DNA from: Polyangiaceae bacterium
Lineage (GTDB): Bacteria > Myxococcota_A > Polyangia > Polyangiales > Polyangiaceae
Direction: 5' to 3'
Assembly: GCA_035063585.1 (NCBI GenBank)
Contig: JAPSGB010000025.1
Span: forward strand, 1-64,000
Length of the DNA: 64,000 nt
In this document: positions 37,584 through 47,428 of the stretch, piece by piece
Layout of the letters: each line of letters opens with the position of its first letter
Position numbering within the stretch: position 1 is the stretch's first letter
Program-made: the position numbers and the translations under genes
Notes under the pieces: generated by a model
Database searches by the model: none
What the model was told of the DNA's origin: nothing
The model's input: the letters and a program-made list of their open reading frames with translations, nothing else

Positions 37584-38360
37584 CTACAGGCGCTCGACGG
37601 ACCCGGCGATCACCCGGCGTAGCGCGCCGCCCGCGTCTGCGACCAGGAGCGCGCCGTCCGCGTCGATTCCCCGCGCGAGCCCCGCGACGCCATCGACGCG
37701 CACTCGAGCGCCGGCGAGTGCGTCGTGCAGGGTGAGCTCCCGATGGAGCGGCGCGAGCCCGTGCTCCTCGAAGAGCGCGAGCCGCTCCTCGAGGGCGGCG
37801 AGGACGTCGAGCAAGAGCGTCTCGCGTCCGAGATCGCGCGCTCCGGAGAGCGCGAGCGACGTGGCGATCCCCGCGAGGTCGGCAGGGAACTCCTGGAGCG
37901 CGACGTTCAGTCCCACCCCAACCACGAGCGCGGCGAGCCTGTGGCCGGAGAGCTGGCTCTCGACCAGCACTCCTGCCAGCTTGCGCCCGTCGACGAGGAC
38001 GTCATTCGGCCACTTGAGCTCGACCGGTGTGGTGAGCCGGCGGGCGACGGCGGCGCGCACCGCGAGCCCCACCACCAGCGGAACCGCGCTCACTCGGCCG
38101 AGCGGCACGCTCGGGCGCACGATCACGGAGAAGGTGAGGTTCACGCCCGGAGGTGACGCCCATGCGCGCCCGCGCCGCCCGCGCCCGTTCGCCTGAGCCT
38201 CGGCGACGAAGGTCGCGCCGTGCGGCGCGCCCGCGCGCGCGGCGGCGAGCGCGTCGTCGTTGGTGGAGCCGGTCACCTCGACGACGCTGAGCGGCGCGCC
38301 AAGGCTGAGGCCGCGCTCGCTCGCCAGCGCTGCGAAGCGGTTCGCGTCGAAGCTGGTCAT
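37584..38360 (-). CDS. birA: Biotin-[acetyl-CoA carboxylase] ligase
   Basis: GSTNDD, QANGRGRRGRAWASP, LKWPNDV, KLAGVLVE, GVGLNV. Confidence 0.93.
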   Translation of the reverse strand: MTSFDANRFAALASERGLSLGAPLSVVEVTGSTNDDALAAARAGAPHGATFVAEAQANGRGRRGRAWASPPGVNLTFSVIVRPSVPLGRVSAVPLVVGLAVRAAVARRLTTPVELKWPNDVLVDGRKLAGVLVESQLSGHRLAALVVGVGLNVALQEFPADLAGIATSLALSGARDLGRETLLLDVLAALEERLALFEEHGLAPLHRELTLHDALAGARVRVDGVAGLARGIDADGALLVADAGGALRRVIAGSVERL

Positions 38361-38941
38361 GCGTCCGAGTCGGCGCGAGGCCTCCAGCGACAGGAGAACT
38401 CGTGATAGCGCCCGCCGGTGCTCATGCACTCCGTCTCGTGGCCGCCCGGAAGCACGCGGACGCCAATCGCGTCCATCGCTGCGATCATCCATCCTTCCAT
38501 GAGGCGGCAGTGTGCCGGGTCCATCTCCGGAAACTCGTTGACCCGGAGGATGGTCCGATCGGGAGCGGTGTCGACGGCTTCCATGTAGCCGGCGTCCTCG
38601 TAGTACATGCCCCAGATCGGCGTGCAGCCGCGGATCATCATCTCGGGATCCGGACGCACCTTGTAGACGTGAAAGATCGTCTCGAGATCGGAGCGTGCGG
38701 CGACCTCACCCAGCTTGGCCGCGTAGGCGAGATCCCCCGCGCCGAGTTGGCGGTCCGCGCTCCGCAAGACGCCGACGAACGCCTCGTATGGGTAGAGCCC
38801 GAGCCCATCGATGCGTGTCTCGAAGGTCGCCCGCGCCGCGTCTCCGGCGCCGTTCACCACCCGGGTGAGCATTTCCTCGCCGTGGTTCCGACGCAGGAAG
38901 CGCGCGGTCCCGAGAAACGCCATGCCTCGCACCCTCGCCAT
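38357..38941 (-). CDS. Myxobacterial DUF2378/V4R-like small protein
   Basis: ARVRG.AF, YPYEAFV, HCRLMEGW, HETECMSTGGRYHEFSCRW resemble the V4R-type C-terminus. Confidence 0.6.
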   Translation of the reverse strand: MARVRGMAFLGTARFLRRNHGEEMLTRVVNGAGDAARATFETRIDGLGLYPYEAFVGVLRSADRQLGAGDLAYAAKLGEVAARSDLETIFHVYKVRPDPEMMIRGCTPIWGMYYEDAGYMEAVDTAPDRTILRVNEFPEMDPAHCRLMEGWMIAAMDAIGVRVLPGGHETECMSTGGRYHEFSCRWRPRADSDA

Positions 38942-38951
38942 CGGTCCGCGC

Positions 38952-39797
38952 CTATCCCAGCCGCTCGATGTCGAGGGCGATGTCGGCGGCGGGCGCCGAG
39001 TGGGTCAACGCACCGACACTGATGACGTCGATTCCAGCCGCGGCCAAGGCCGGGATCCGCTCGAGCGTGACCCCGCCCGAGGCTTCGATGATCGCTCGGC
39101 CCCGGGCGCGGCGCACGGCTTCCTCGATGCTCGCGAGGTCGAAGTTGTCGAGCATGACGATGTCCGCCCCGACTCGAAGCGCCTCGTCGAGCGCGTCGAG
39201 CGACTCCACCTCGACCTCGACGCGACAGGTGTGCGGCGCGCGGCTCCGGGCGCGCTCGACCGCTGCGGAGATCCCGCCGGCGGCCTCGATGTGGTTGTCC
39301 TTGATGAGCACCGCCGAGCCCAGGGTGTCCCGGTGGTTGTTCGCGCCACCCACCCGCACCGCGTACCGCTCGAGCGCGCGTAGCCCCGGGGTGGTCTTGC
39401 GGGTGTCTGCGATGCGCGTCCGTGAGCCGGGCGGCAAGCGCGCGACGTAGTCCGCCGCGCGTGTCGAGATCCCGCTCAGGCGCTGAGCGAAGTTGAGCGC
39501 GGTGCGCTCCGCCATGAGGATCGAACGCGCCGAACCCTCGACGCTCCAGAGCTCGTCGTCGCGGCTCGCGCGCGCACCCTCTTTCAGGTGACGTTCCACG
39601 CGGAGGCCTGGATCCACGCGATAGAAGCAGCGCGCGAACACGTCGCCGCCGCACACGACCAGCGGGCTCCGCGCGACCGCGCGCCCGATGGCGCGCGTGT
39701 CCGGAGCTACGATCGCCTCCGTGGTGAGGTCGCCCCCCTCGAGATCCTCGGCGAGCGCGCGGTCGACGAGGACGTCGAGCTGATAGCTCGGAAACAT
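38952..39797 (-). CDS. nadC: Nicotinate-nucleotide pyrophosphorylase (carboxylating)
   Basis: ALAEDL..GDLTT, AERTALNF, DTRKTTPG, HR..L...VLIKDNH, MLDNF, EASGG, ISVGALTHS. Confidence 0.97.
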   Translation of the reverse strand: MFPSYQLDVLVDRALAEDLEGGDLTTEAIVAPDTRAIGRAVARSPLVVCGGDVFARCFYRVDPGLRVERHLKEGARASRDDELWSVEGSARSILMAERTALNFAQRLSGISTRAADYVARLPPGSRTRIADTRKTTPGLRALERYAVRVGGANNHRDTLGSAVLIKDNHIEAAGGISAAVERARSRAPHTCRVEVEVESLDALDEALRVGADIVMLDNFDLASIEEAVRRARGRAIIEASGGVTLERIPALAAAGIDVISVGALTHSAPAADIALDIERLG

Positions 39798-39921
39798 CGC
39801 GGCCGACGCTAGCCCCGCCGCGCGCGTCGCGCAAAGCTACCGGCGTGGAGATGGCTTGGGCTCCGGGCCCGGCGCAAAATCACGGTCTCGCGCCGGGCCG
39901 GCATCCCCGGCCCGCACCCGG

Positions 39922-40635
39922 CTAGTTGCCGAGCCCGTAGCTTCGCACGAGCCACGTCGCGAACAGGTTCGACATCGCGTGCAGCAGCAGCGGCGCGCCG
40001 ATCCCTCGGGTGCGGACCCGCAGCCACCCGAAGACGAGCGCCGGGAAGAACACCGCGAGGCGGTTCGCGTTCACCTCGGTGGCGAGGTGACCGAGCGCGA
40101 AGATGGCGCTCGCCGCCAGGAGCCCGGGGCCGAGGTCGGCGCCGAGGATACGGCGCCGCGCGGCCCAGGCATCGTCGAGCGCGGTCTGGAGGTAGCCGCG
40201 ATAGAAGGCCTCCTCGGGGAGCGCGATGACGAGGAGCTGCCCCATCACCTCGTCTCCGAGCGCTGGGAACGGGGCCGGCGCGAACTCGTGCGGTGGCTTC
40301 CACCAGAGGACCCAGCCGAGCCAGAACGGCGGGAAGAGCACGGCTGCCACCCCGAGCGCCCAGCCGAGGGCGACGAGCGAGTCGCGCGCCATCCGTCTGG
40401 GCTCGAGCGGCACCGGGTCGAGCAGGCCGCCGAGCGACAGCCCGAAGTGCGCGCTGTCGCCGGGGACGTCGCGGCGGAGCGCGACGAGCCACGTCACCGC
40501 GAGGAACCCGAGGCCGACGCCGGTGGCGGCGGAGCTGTCCGGAAGACCGTAAGACAGCCCCGCGACGAGGAGGGTGGCGGCCGCGGCTACCAGGAGCGGA
40601 TGGCGCCGCGTCGCGGCCGGCGTCGGGTCCGTCAT
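39922..40635 (-). CDS. CPBP-family intramembrane protease, myxosortase (MrtC/MrtX)-like
   Basis: LLVIALPEEAFYRGYLQT, FALGH, RLAVFFPALVFGWLR, LLHAMSN; multiple TM helices. Confidence 0.8.
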   Translation of the reverse strand: MTDPTPAATRRHPLLVAAAATLLVAGLSYGLPDSSAATGVGLGFLAVTWLVALRRDVPGDSAHFGLSLGGLLDPVPLEPRRMARDSLVALGWALGVAAVLFPPFWLGWVLWWKPPHEFAPAPFPALGDEVMGQLLVIALPEEAFYRGYLQTALDDAWAARRRILGADLGPGLLAASAIFALGHLATEVNANRLAVFFPALVFGWLRVRTRGIGAPLLLHAMSNLFATWLVRSYGLGN

Positions 40636-40833
40636 TTCACCGGCGCCGTGCTGCGCTCCCTGGCAGGTGCAGCGAGCCCGAAGTTTTCTGCCCGGGTTGT
40701 GATGCGCGCCGAGCTCGAGCCTGTGATCTCCCCGCGGCCGGGCTCATGCGGTAGTGTTCGCCGGGCTCGTCGAAGGAGCCTCTGCGCCACCTGCGCACCA
40801 CCGCTCGCGTCGAGATCCGACGCTGGAGGATTC

Positions 40834-43488
40834 ATGCTCGAACCGAACCCGCACCGCGTACCGTCCGCCCGCCCCGTCGCGCCGCCGCCCATCGGTCGCG
40901 TCGACCTCGCGAAGTGGCCGCCGGACGACGACGACGCGCCCGCTGCGCCGCCGCCCGCCGGCGGTGGGGCGCCGAGCGGCGGGTCGTTCGATCCCGGCGA
41001 CGGCAACTTCAAGAAGGGTCGCTTCAACCCGCTCACCATCTTGGTCGGCGTGCTGGCGCTGGTGGGGCTCGTCGTGTTCGTCACGATTGGGCTCAAGAAG
41101 GACGCCGAGAAGCTTACGGTACCGGAGGCCGAGGCGCGCAAGAAAGCGATCTTCATGCTCCCGAAGGCCGAGCAGGCGCCGGAGTGGCGAAAGTGGTCGA
41201 CGACGGCTCAGAGCGACGAGCTTCGCATGGAAGCGCTGAAGCAGCTCGCCTGGGCGAAGGATCCGGCAGGTGTCGACGCCGCCATCGCTGCGCTCAAGGA
41301 GCCATCCGATCCGCTCCGCGCCATGGCCGCTACGGCGCTCGCCGAGTACGGCTCTCCGCTCGCCGACAAGGCGAAGGACGCGCTGCTCGAGACGCTCAAG
41401 CAGGCGGGCCCGGGCTCGAAGCCGCAGGTCGCTTGGGCGTTGGTCGTGCTCGGCGACGGGCGCGCCCTCGACGAGGTCATGAAGCTCTACCGTATCGGGC
41501 ACCTGTCCAAGGTGCAGCGTCTGGGCGGCGGCGTGGCGTTCGATCCCGAGAAGCTCGTGAAGCTCGCTGGAATCGACAAGCTCGCGACCATGGCCGGCGA
41601 CTCGAGCGACGCCGTGCGACAGCTCGTCGCGACGGTGCTCTCGCGCGTCGCGGACCCGAAGTACACGGACGTGCTCATCAAGCTGGTGAAGGACTCCGAC
41701 CAGGAGGTCGCCCGCCAGGCGGCTCCGGGCCTCGGTAAGATCGGCGACGAGCGGGCGCGCCAGCCGCTCATCGATCAGCTCAGGACCGCCGACAAGGACA
41801 GCCGGAACAAGTACCTCGAGGCGCTACGCGACGGCATCGGCACCAGCGGACTGGTGCTCGCGCTCGATGCCAACGACGACAAAGACGAGAAGATCGCCTG
41901 GTATCAGACCAAGCAGATCTTCGATCTCGTCCGCAAGCTCGCCGACCCGCGCGGCGGCGACGCGTTGCTTCGCTACATCGCGACCAAGCCGAACATCCAC
42001 TGGGAGACGGAGGCTGCCATCGCGATGGCGGAGGTCGGCGACGAGCGCGCAGTGCCCTATCTCGCCAAGCGGCTCCGGATGAACCCCCTCAAGGTCTACA
42101 GCGATCAGCATGACTGGGAGATGGAGCTCAAGCGGGACGACAACGAGCGCGTGGTGTCGGCGCGCATGATCGCGGATCTTGCCGTACTCCACCCGGACAA
42201 GCGCGAGCAGATCGCCACTCAGGCCGAGGACGCGGTCATGTTCTGGATCCACGACATGCCCTCTCCGCACGCCAACGGCCTTCGCGCGCTCGCGGCCATG
42301 GGCTCGACCAAGGACATCGATCAGCTCCGCAAGTGGTCGAACCCGAGCTCGCCGCTCCCGAAGCAGGGCCAGCAGCCGCCCATGCCCGAGGAGTGGGTCA
42401 TCGCGCAGAGCGCGCTCCGCTACGTCGGGTGGCTCAAGGACGAGCCGTCGTGGAAGGTGCTCGAAAAATCGCTGACGCGCCGCGAACCGGACCTCGACGT
42501 CACCATGGACGGCCTCATGCAGGGCGGCGTCGCCATCCTCGGCATGACGCTCCGCGCGATCGGCGTCGGCGCCTCTGACGGGTTCGCCGAGTGGGGTGAC
42601 GAGAAGGCCTTCAAGCCGCTGATGAAATACATCGACGAGCCGAAGGAGAACGAGCAGTCGCGGATGGAGGCCTGCCAGGCGGTCGCCTGGGTCGCGAACA
42701 AGGACGACATGCTCGAGGTCGCCAAGAAGATCGCGGAGTACAAGAAGGAGGACAAGGCCGATCAGTTCCGCCGGGCCTGCCTACTCGAGACCATCATCAC
42801 CAAGCCGGTCAGCGGCATCTCGGGCGCGCTCATCGGCATGCTGACGCCCGAGTCGTCCCTCGAGACGCGCCACCAGGTCGCGCGCGCCATCGGCAAGGCC
42901 GGGCTCGACCCCGAGGTCGAGGGCAAGCTCTTCGAGATGCTCAAGAACGAGACGCTCATGAACGACGCCGCGCTGGCGCTCATCCTCGGCGGCTCGCCGG
43001 ACGTGGCGGCGCGCGCCGTCGCGATGTACGCCGACAAGGACAAGGCCGCTCTCGAAGAGCTCGGCGACCTCTGGTACCGGAGCTTCGGCTACTGGTCGAC
43101 CGACGATCTCGAGCAGGGGAGGCTGTTCCGCTGGGTCGACAACGCGGTCGCCATCAGCCACGTCTCCATCAAGCAGACGCCCCAGGAGTGGGCCAACGTC
43201 CTCCTGATGAAGCAGTTCGACAACCTCATCTTCGACAACGGGCCCCACTCGTTCACCCGCGTCGTGCTCCGTTATCGCCTCTGGCAGATGGCGAAGGGCG
43301 AGGACAAGGAGAAGCGTGAGGGAGCGGTCCGCACGCTCCGCTTCATGAAGGAGCAAGGCGTGCTGCTGGCGCTCCGCGACGAGCCCGGCGAGACGGGCAA
43401 GCTCGCGAGCGCCGCCTATCACGACATCCTCTACCCGAAGCTCGTCACCGGGGTGAACATTCCGGAGGACGACCCGAGCAAGCAGTGA
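40834..43488 (+). CDS. Membrane-anchored HEAT-repeat protein
   Basis: ATG with GGAGG SD; one TM near the N-terminus; repeated helical motifs (LRAMAATALAEYG, VARQAAPGLGKIGD). Confidence 0.8.
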   Translation: MLEPNPHRVPSARPVAPPPIGRVDLAKWPPDDDDAPAAPPPAGGGAPSGGSFDPGDGNFKKGRFNPLTILVGVLALVGLVVFVTIGLKKDAEKLTVPEAEARKKAIFMLPKAEQAPEWRKWSTTAQSDELRMEALKQLAWAKDPAGVDAAIAALKEPSDPLRAMAATALAEYGSPLADKAKDALLETLKQAGPGSKPQVAWALVVLGDGRALDEVMKLYRIGHLSKVQRLGGGVAFDPEKLVKLAGIDKLATMAGDSSDAVRQLVATVLSRVADPKYTDVLIKLVKDSDQEVARQAAPGLGKIGDERARQPLIDQLRTADKDSRNKYLEALRDGIGTSGLVLALDANDDKDEKIAWYQTKQIFDLVRKLADPRGGDALLRYIATKPNIHWETEAAIAMAEVGDERAVPYLAKRLRMNPLKVYSDQHDWEMELKRDDNERVVSARMIADLAVLHPDKREQIATQAEDAVMFWIHDMPSPHANGLRALAAMGSTKDIDQLRKWSNPSSPLPKQGQQPPMPEEWVIAQSALRYVGWLKDEPSWKVLEKSLTRREPDLDVTMDGLMQGGVAILGMTLRAIGVGASDGFAEWGDEKAFKPLMKYIDEPKENEQSRMEACQAVAWVANKDDMLEVAKKIAEYKKEDKADQFRRACLLETIITKPVSGISGALIGMLTPESSLETRHQVARAIGKAGLDPEVEGKLFEMLKNETLMNDAALALILGGSPDVAARAVAMYADKDKAALEELGDLWYRSFGYWSTDDLEQGRLFRWVDNAVAISHVSIKQTPQEWANVLLMKQFDNLIFDNGPHSFTRVVLRYRLWQMAKGEDKEKREGAVRTLRFMKEQGVLLALRDEPGETGKLASAAYHDILYPKLVTGVNIPEDDPSKQ

Positions 43489-44087
43489 CGGGTGGTCGCC
43501 GCGCGCCGCGATGGTGGATGAGCGCCGCCGTCGCGGCGCTCATCGCGGCCTGCGGCACCCGCCACGAGCGGCCAGCGCGCCGCCCCGGCACCCTCGACCC
43601 TCGCATCACGGTGCCCGCGGGCGTCATGATCGAGCGCGCGTGCACTCCGACGGGCCCGGAGCTCTGCTTCAACGCGACCGACGACAATTGCAACGGCCTC
43701 ATCGACGAGGGCTGCGGGGTAGCGACCGGGCTCGTCCAAGTCATCATCGCGTGGGATCAGCCGTCGGCTGACGTCGACCTGAACGTGACCGACCCGAACG
43801 GCGAGCTCGTCGAGGTCGGGCGCGCGACCAAGAGCGGGCTCGCCAAGGATCGAGACTGCCCCGGTCGCCAGAACGAATGCCAAGGGCAGAACCAGGAGAA
43901 CGTGGTCCTCGAGCAGGGTGACTTGACGCGGGGCAAGTACCAGGTGCGCGTGCGGCTCGAGAGCCTCGGGAGTGAGAGCCCGCCGATCCGCGTGCGTTTG
44001 GGCGCTCGACTTGGCCCGAAGACCTACGCCATCACGCTCGAGCTCACGAAGGTGGAAGACGAGCGAGACATCGACCTCGTGCTTTGA
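43485..44087 (+). CDS. Lipoprotein with MopE-like Cys motif and YfaP/DUF2135-like domain
   Basis: Lipobox LIAAC; ELCFNATDDNCNGLIDEGC; WDQPSADVDLNVTDPNG. Confidence 0.75.
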   Translation: MTGGRRAPRWWMSAAVAALIAACGTRHERPARRPGTLDPRITVPAGVMIERACTPTGPELCFNATDDNCNGLIDEGCGVATGLVQVIIAWDQPSADVDLNVTDPNGELVEVGRATKSGLAKDRDCPGRQNECQGQNQENVVLEQGDLTRGKYQVRVRLESLGSESPPIRVRLGARLGPKTYAITLELTKVEDERDIDLVL

Positions 44088-44132
44088 ATGCGAGGTGCGC
44101 GACGGCGGGGAGTCTGCTTATCTGGGCGGTGA

Positions 44133-44684
44133 GTGTCAGCGGTTCTCGGAAAGGTGACGAGCGCGCGGGATGCGCCGCGCGGGCCGGATGCGACGTACCA
44201 GGTGACGGTGCCGGCGGAGTGGCTGCTCGAAGGCGCGACGATCGAGGTCGAGCTGCCGCGGAACCTGACCTGCGCCGCGTGTGAGGGCGGGGGATGCGAC
44301 TCGTGCGAGCGTTCCGGCGCGCTCTCGTTGCGGGAGCGCAAGGCCACGCCGGAGAGCGTGCGCGTCGCGCTCCCGCGCGGCGCGGAGCCCGCAGAAGCGA
44401 GCGGCGCCATGCGGGCGCTCGTGCTCCGGATCCCAGAGCACGGAGGCGCCGCGAGCCCCGGCTCGGGACTGCCGCGCGGTTGCTTGCTCCTCGCGGTGAC
44501 CCCCGGCGCGGCTCCGGCCTCGGGAGTGAGACGCGTGGAGCCCGAGCCGCCGCTCCCGGAGCAGGTGGCCGCCGGCTCGGCGACGACGCGAGCGCTCGCG
44601 CCGCGGCTCGTCATGATCCTGATCATCGCCGCGTTGCTCGTGCTCGCCGCTTGGCTAGCGCTTCGCGCCGCGTATTCAGGGTGA
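44133..44684 (+). CDS. Hypothetical protein with DnaJ-like zinc finger and C-terminal TM
   Basis: LPRNLTCAACEGGGCDSCERSG; hydrophobic C-terminus; no HPD motif. Confidence 0.65.
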   Translation: MSAVLGKVTSARDAPRGPDATYQVTVPAEWLLEGATIEVELPRNLTCAACEGGGCDSCERSGALSLRERKATPESVRVALPRGAEPAEASGAMRALVLRIPEHGGAASPGSGLPRGCLLLAVTPGAAPASGVRRVEPEPPLPEQVAAGSATTRALAPRLVMILIIAALLVLAAWLALRAAYSG

Positions 44685-44791
44685 GCCTAGCCTGGGAGAG
44701 TGACCGCCGAGTGGTCACGGGTTGACGCGCGGCGCCATGAAACCCTAAGTAGCTTCCAGCGTCCCGGCTGGGGTCGGGCGCCCGAGGACTC

Positions 44792-47071
44792 ATGAACCCG
44801 CTTGCGATGGCTCTCATCATCATCGGTTTCCTGGCGATGTTCGCCTGGAGCGCGAGGAACCGCTGGGGGTTGCTGAAGGTGGGCAGCCCGCCTCACGAGA
44901 GTCGCTGGGCCGAGGTCGGGCAGCGCCTGAAGGGCCTCCTCTACTACGCCTTCTATCAGAAGAAGCTCCGCTACTACTTCACGGCAGGGCTCGCCCACAA
45001 CCTCATCTTCTTCGGGTTCGTCGTCCTCCTCTTGAACACGTTGATCCTCTGGGGTCGCGGGTTCTATCCACCCTTCGACTTCTGGATCTTCGGACCGCAG
45101 CCGGTCGCCGGGATCCCGCTCGGCCACATCTACGAGTTCATCAAGGAGGTGTTCCTGGTGCTCGTGCTCGTGGGCGTGGCAATCTTCGTCTACTACCGGG
45201 TGATCCGGCCGCAGAAGCGCATGGCGCTCGGCTGGGAGGGTCTGGTCATCCTCGGGATCATCGCCTCGATGATGCTGGGCGATCTGCTGTACGTCGGCGC
45301 CGCCACGGTGCTGAACGTCGATTTCGCCTCGACCTGCGCGGCGGCGGGCGCGCCCGGCTGGTGTGCCAGCGCGGCTCCCGTGGTCGCGCCGTTCGGCGCG
45401 CCGGTGCAGGAAATCGCGTGGCAAGCCTGGCCGACGCCGGGAAGCTCGGTGTTCGCCATCGCGCTCGTGGGCTCGGCCCCGAGCACGCTCATCGCGCTCG
45501 CTCACCTCGGCTTCTGGGTGCACGCGAGCCTCGTGCTCGTCTTCCTGAACGTCCTACCGTACTCGAAGCACTTCCACATCATCACCGTCATGCCGAACGT
45601 GTTCATGACGGACCTCACGCCGAAGGGGCGTCTCCGCCCCATCGCTCCCAGCACCGAGGCCCTGATGGCCATGGTGGAGAAGGCGACCGAGAACGAGGAC
45701 GTCCTCGCCGCGCCCATCGGCTACGCGCGGATCGAGCACTTCACCTGGAAGGACATCCTCGATTTCTACACCTGCACCGAGTGCGGCCGCTGCACGGACA
45801 ACTGCCCGGCGGCTCAGACCGGGAAGATGCTGAGCCCGAAGCACTTCACTCTCGATCTCCGCGACCACCTCTACTCGCGTCAGGATGAGTTCCTCGCCAT
45901 CGGAGACGCGCTGCCGCGCACCACGCTCGCCGACCTCGCGGCCAAGGTCGAGGTCGAGGGAGCAGCCGAGGCGACCGACGCGCCGAAGGCCGAGAGCGTC
46001 ACCTATAAGCCGGTCGACTTGGTCCCGAACGTGATCCACCCAGACGTGCTCTGGGCCTGCACCACCTGCGGCGCTTGCGAAGAGCAGTGCCCGGTGAACA
46101 TCACTTACGTCGACAAGATCGTGCAGATGCGCCGCAACCTCACGGTCATCAAGGGTGAGTTCCCGGCAGAGCTGAACAAGCCGTTCGAGGGCATGGAAAC
46201 CAACGGCAACCCCTGGAACCTGTCGCGCATGGACCGCGCGAACTGGGCCGATGGGCTCGACATTCCCACCGCCGCCGACAACCCCAAGGCGGAGGTCCTC
46301 TACTGGGTCGGGTGCGCGGCGAGCTACGACGACCGCGCGAAGAAGATCGCGCGCGCCACCGCGAGCTTGCTCAAGCAGGCGGGCATCGACTTCGCGATCC
46401 TCGCCGGCGAGGAGACCTGCACCGGGGACCCGGCGCGCCGCGCCGGCAATGAGTATCTATTCAGCATGCTGGCGGAGACGAACGTCGCGACGCTGAACGG
46501 TTACCAGGAGCAAGGCGGGCTCAAGACCATCCTCACGACCTGTCCTCACTGCTTCAACACCATCAAGAACGAGTACCCCGACTTCGGCGGGAAGTTCGAG
46601 GTCGTTCATCACACCGACTACTTGATGGGGCTCGTGGCGACGCGGAAGCTCACACCGAAGCACCCGGTCAAGGCGCGGGTCGTCTATCACGACTCCTGCT
46701 ACCTCGGGCGGCACAACGGGATCTACGAGTCGCCACGAGAGCTCTTGAAGGCCATCCCGGGCGTGGAATTGGTCGAGGTCGACTACTGGACCAAGAAGAA
46801 GGCCATGTGCTGCGGCGCCGGCGGCGCGCAGATGTGGATGGAAGAGCAGAACAAGGACCGAGTGAACGTGAAGCGGACGCTTCAGCTCCTCGACACGGGT
46901 GCCCAGACCATCGCCAGCGCGTGCCCGTTCTGCATGACCATGCTCACCGATGGTATCAAGGCGCAGTCCAAGGATGACGACGTGAAGAACCTGGACATCG
47001 TCGAGATGCTCGCAGTCGCCTGCGGCGCGGAGGAGAGCGGCGCCGGCGCGGCTTCGGCCGCGGCAAACTAG
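44792..47071 (+). CDS. Membrane-bound Fe-S oxidoreductase (FadF/HdrD-like; NarI-like TM + 4Fe-4S + CCG domains)
   Basis: PYSKHFH, CTECGRCTDNCP, CTTCGACEEQCP, YWVGC, TTCPHC, YHDSCYLGR, CCGAGG, ACPFC. Confidence 0.9.
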   Translation: MNPLAMALIIIGFLAMFAWSARNRWGLLKVGSPPHESRWAEVGQRLKGLLYYAFYQKKLRYYFTAGLAHNLIFFGFVVLLLNTLILWGRGFYPPFDFWIFGPQPVAGIPLGHIYEFIKEVFLVLVLVGVAIFVYYRVIRPQKRMALGWEGLVILGIIASMMLGDLLYVGAATVLNVDFASTCAAAGAPGWCASAAPVVAPFGAPVQEIAWQAWPTPGSSVFAIALVGSAPSTLIALAHLGFWVHASLVLVFLNVLPYSKHFHIITVMPNVFMTDLTPKGRLRPIAPSTEALMAMVEKATENEDVLAAPIGYARIEHFTWKDILDFYTCTECGRCTDNCPAAQTGKMLSPKHFTLDLRDHLYSRQDEFLAIGDALPRTTLADLAAKVEVEGAAEATDAPKAESVTYKPVDLVPNVIHPDVLWACTTCGACEEQCPVNITYVDKIVQMRRNLTVIKGEFPAELNKPFEGMETNGNPWNLSRMDRANWADGLDIPTAADNPKAEVLYWVGCAASYDDRAKKIARATASLLKQAGIDFAILAGEETCTGDPARRAGNEYLFSMLAETNVATLNGYQEQGGLKTILTTCPHCFNTIKNEYPDFGGKFEVVHHTDYLMGLVATRKLTPKHPVKARVVYHDSCYLGRHNGIYESPRELLKAIPGVELVEVDYWTKKKAMCCGAGGAQMWMEEQNKDRVNVKRTLQLLDTGAQTIASACPFCMTMLTDGIKAQSKDDDVKNLDIVEMLAVACGAEESGAGAASAAAN

Positions 47072-47162
47072 CCATTTTCACGCGAGCGGCGGCGCGCGGA
47101 GCCCTCGTGCGGCGCCGCTCGGCGAGTGCGCGTGGCTCGCCCGGCGGGTATACTCCGTCGAG

Positions 47163-47420
47163 ATGCCCGTCTCGCGTGAGCTCACCGCGCCGCCGGCCGC
47201 GACGGACCAGCCAACCTCGGCGGCCCCGGAGCGCGTCTACGAGTGCGATCACTGCGGCAAGCATTTCTCCGGGGCACCGGGCGGCTCGGGGCTGCTCCTC
47301 TGGACGCGGGGCGATGAGGTTCGCTACGAGGAGCCGCCGCTCTGCGAGGAGTGCGCGGAGCAGATCACGGTCGGCGCGCTCATCAAGTGGTCGAGCGAAG
47401 ACGGCGACGAAGAAGGGTGA
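47163..47420 (+). CDS. Small zinc-ribbon protein
   Basis: CDHC...CEEC, 85 aa. Confidence 0.6.
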   Translation: MPVSRELTAPPAATDQPTSAAPERVYECDHCGKHFSGAPGGSGLLLWTRGDEVRYEEPPLCEECAEQITVGALIKWSSEDGDEEG

Positions 47421-47428
47421 GGCGCGCG

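Noticed and set aside
39856..40833. N-terminal 326 codons of the 1210-aa ORF
   Set aside because: Mostly antisense to the CPBP protease gene; a better start with a GGAGG SD exists at 40834.
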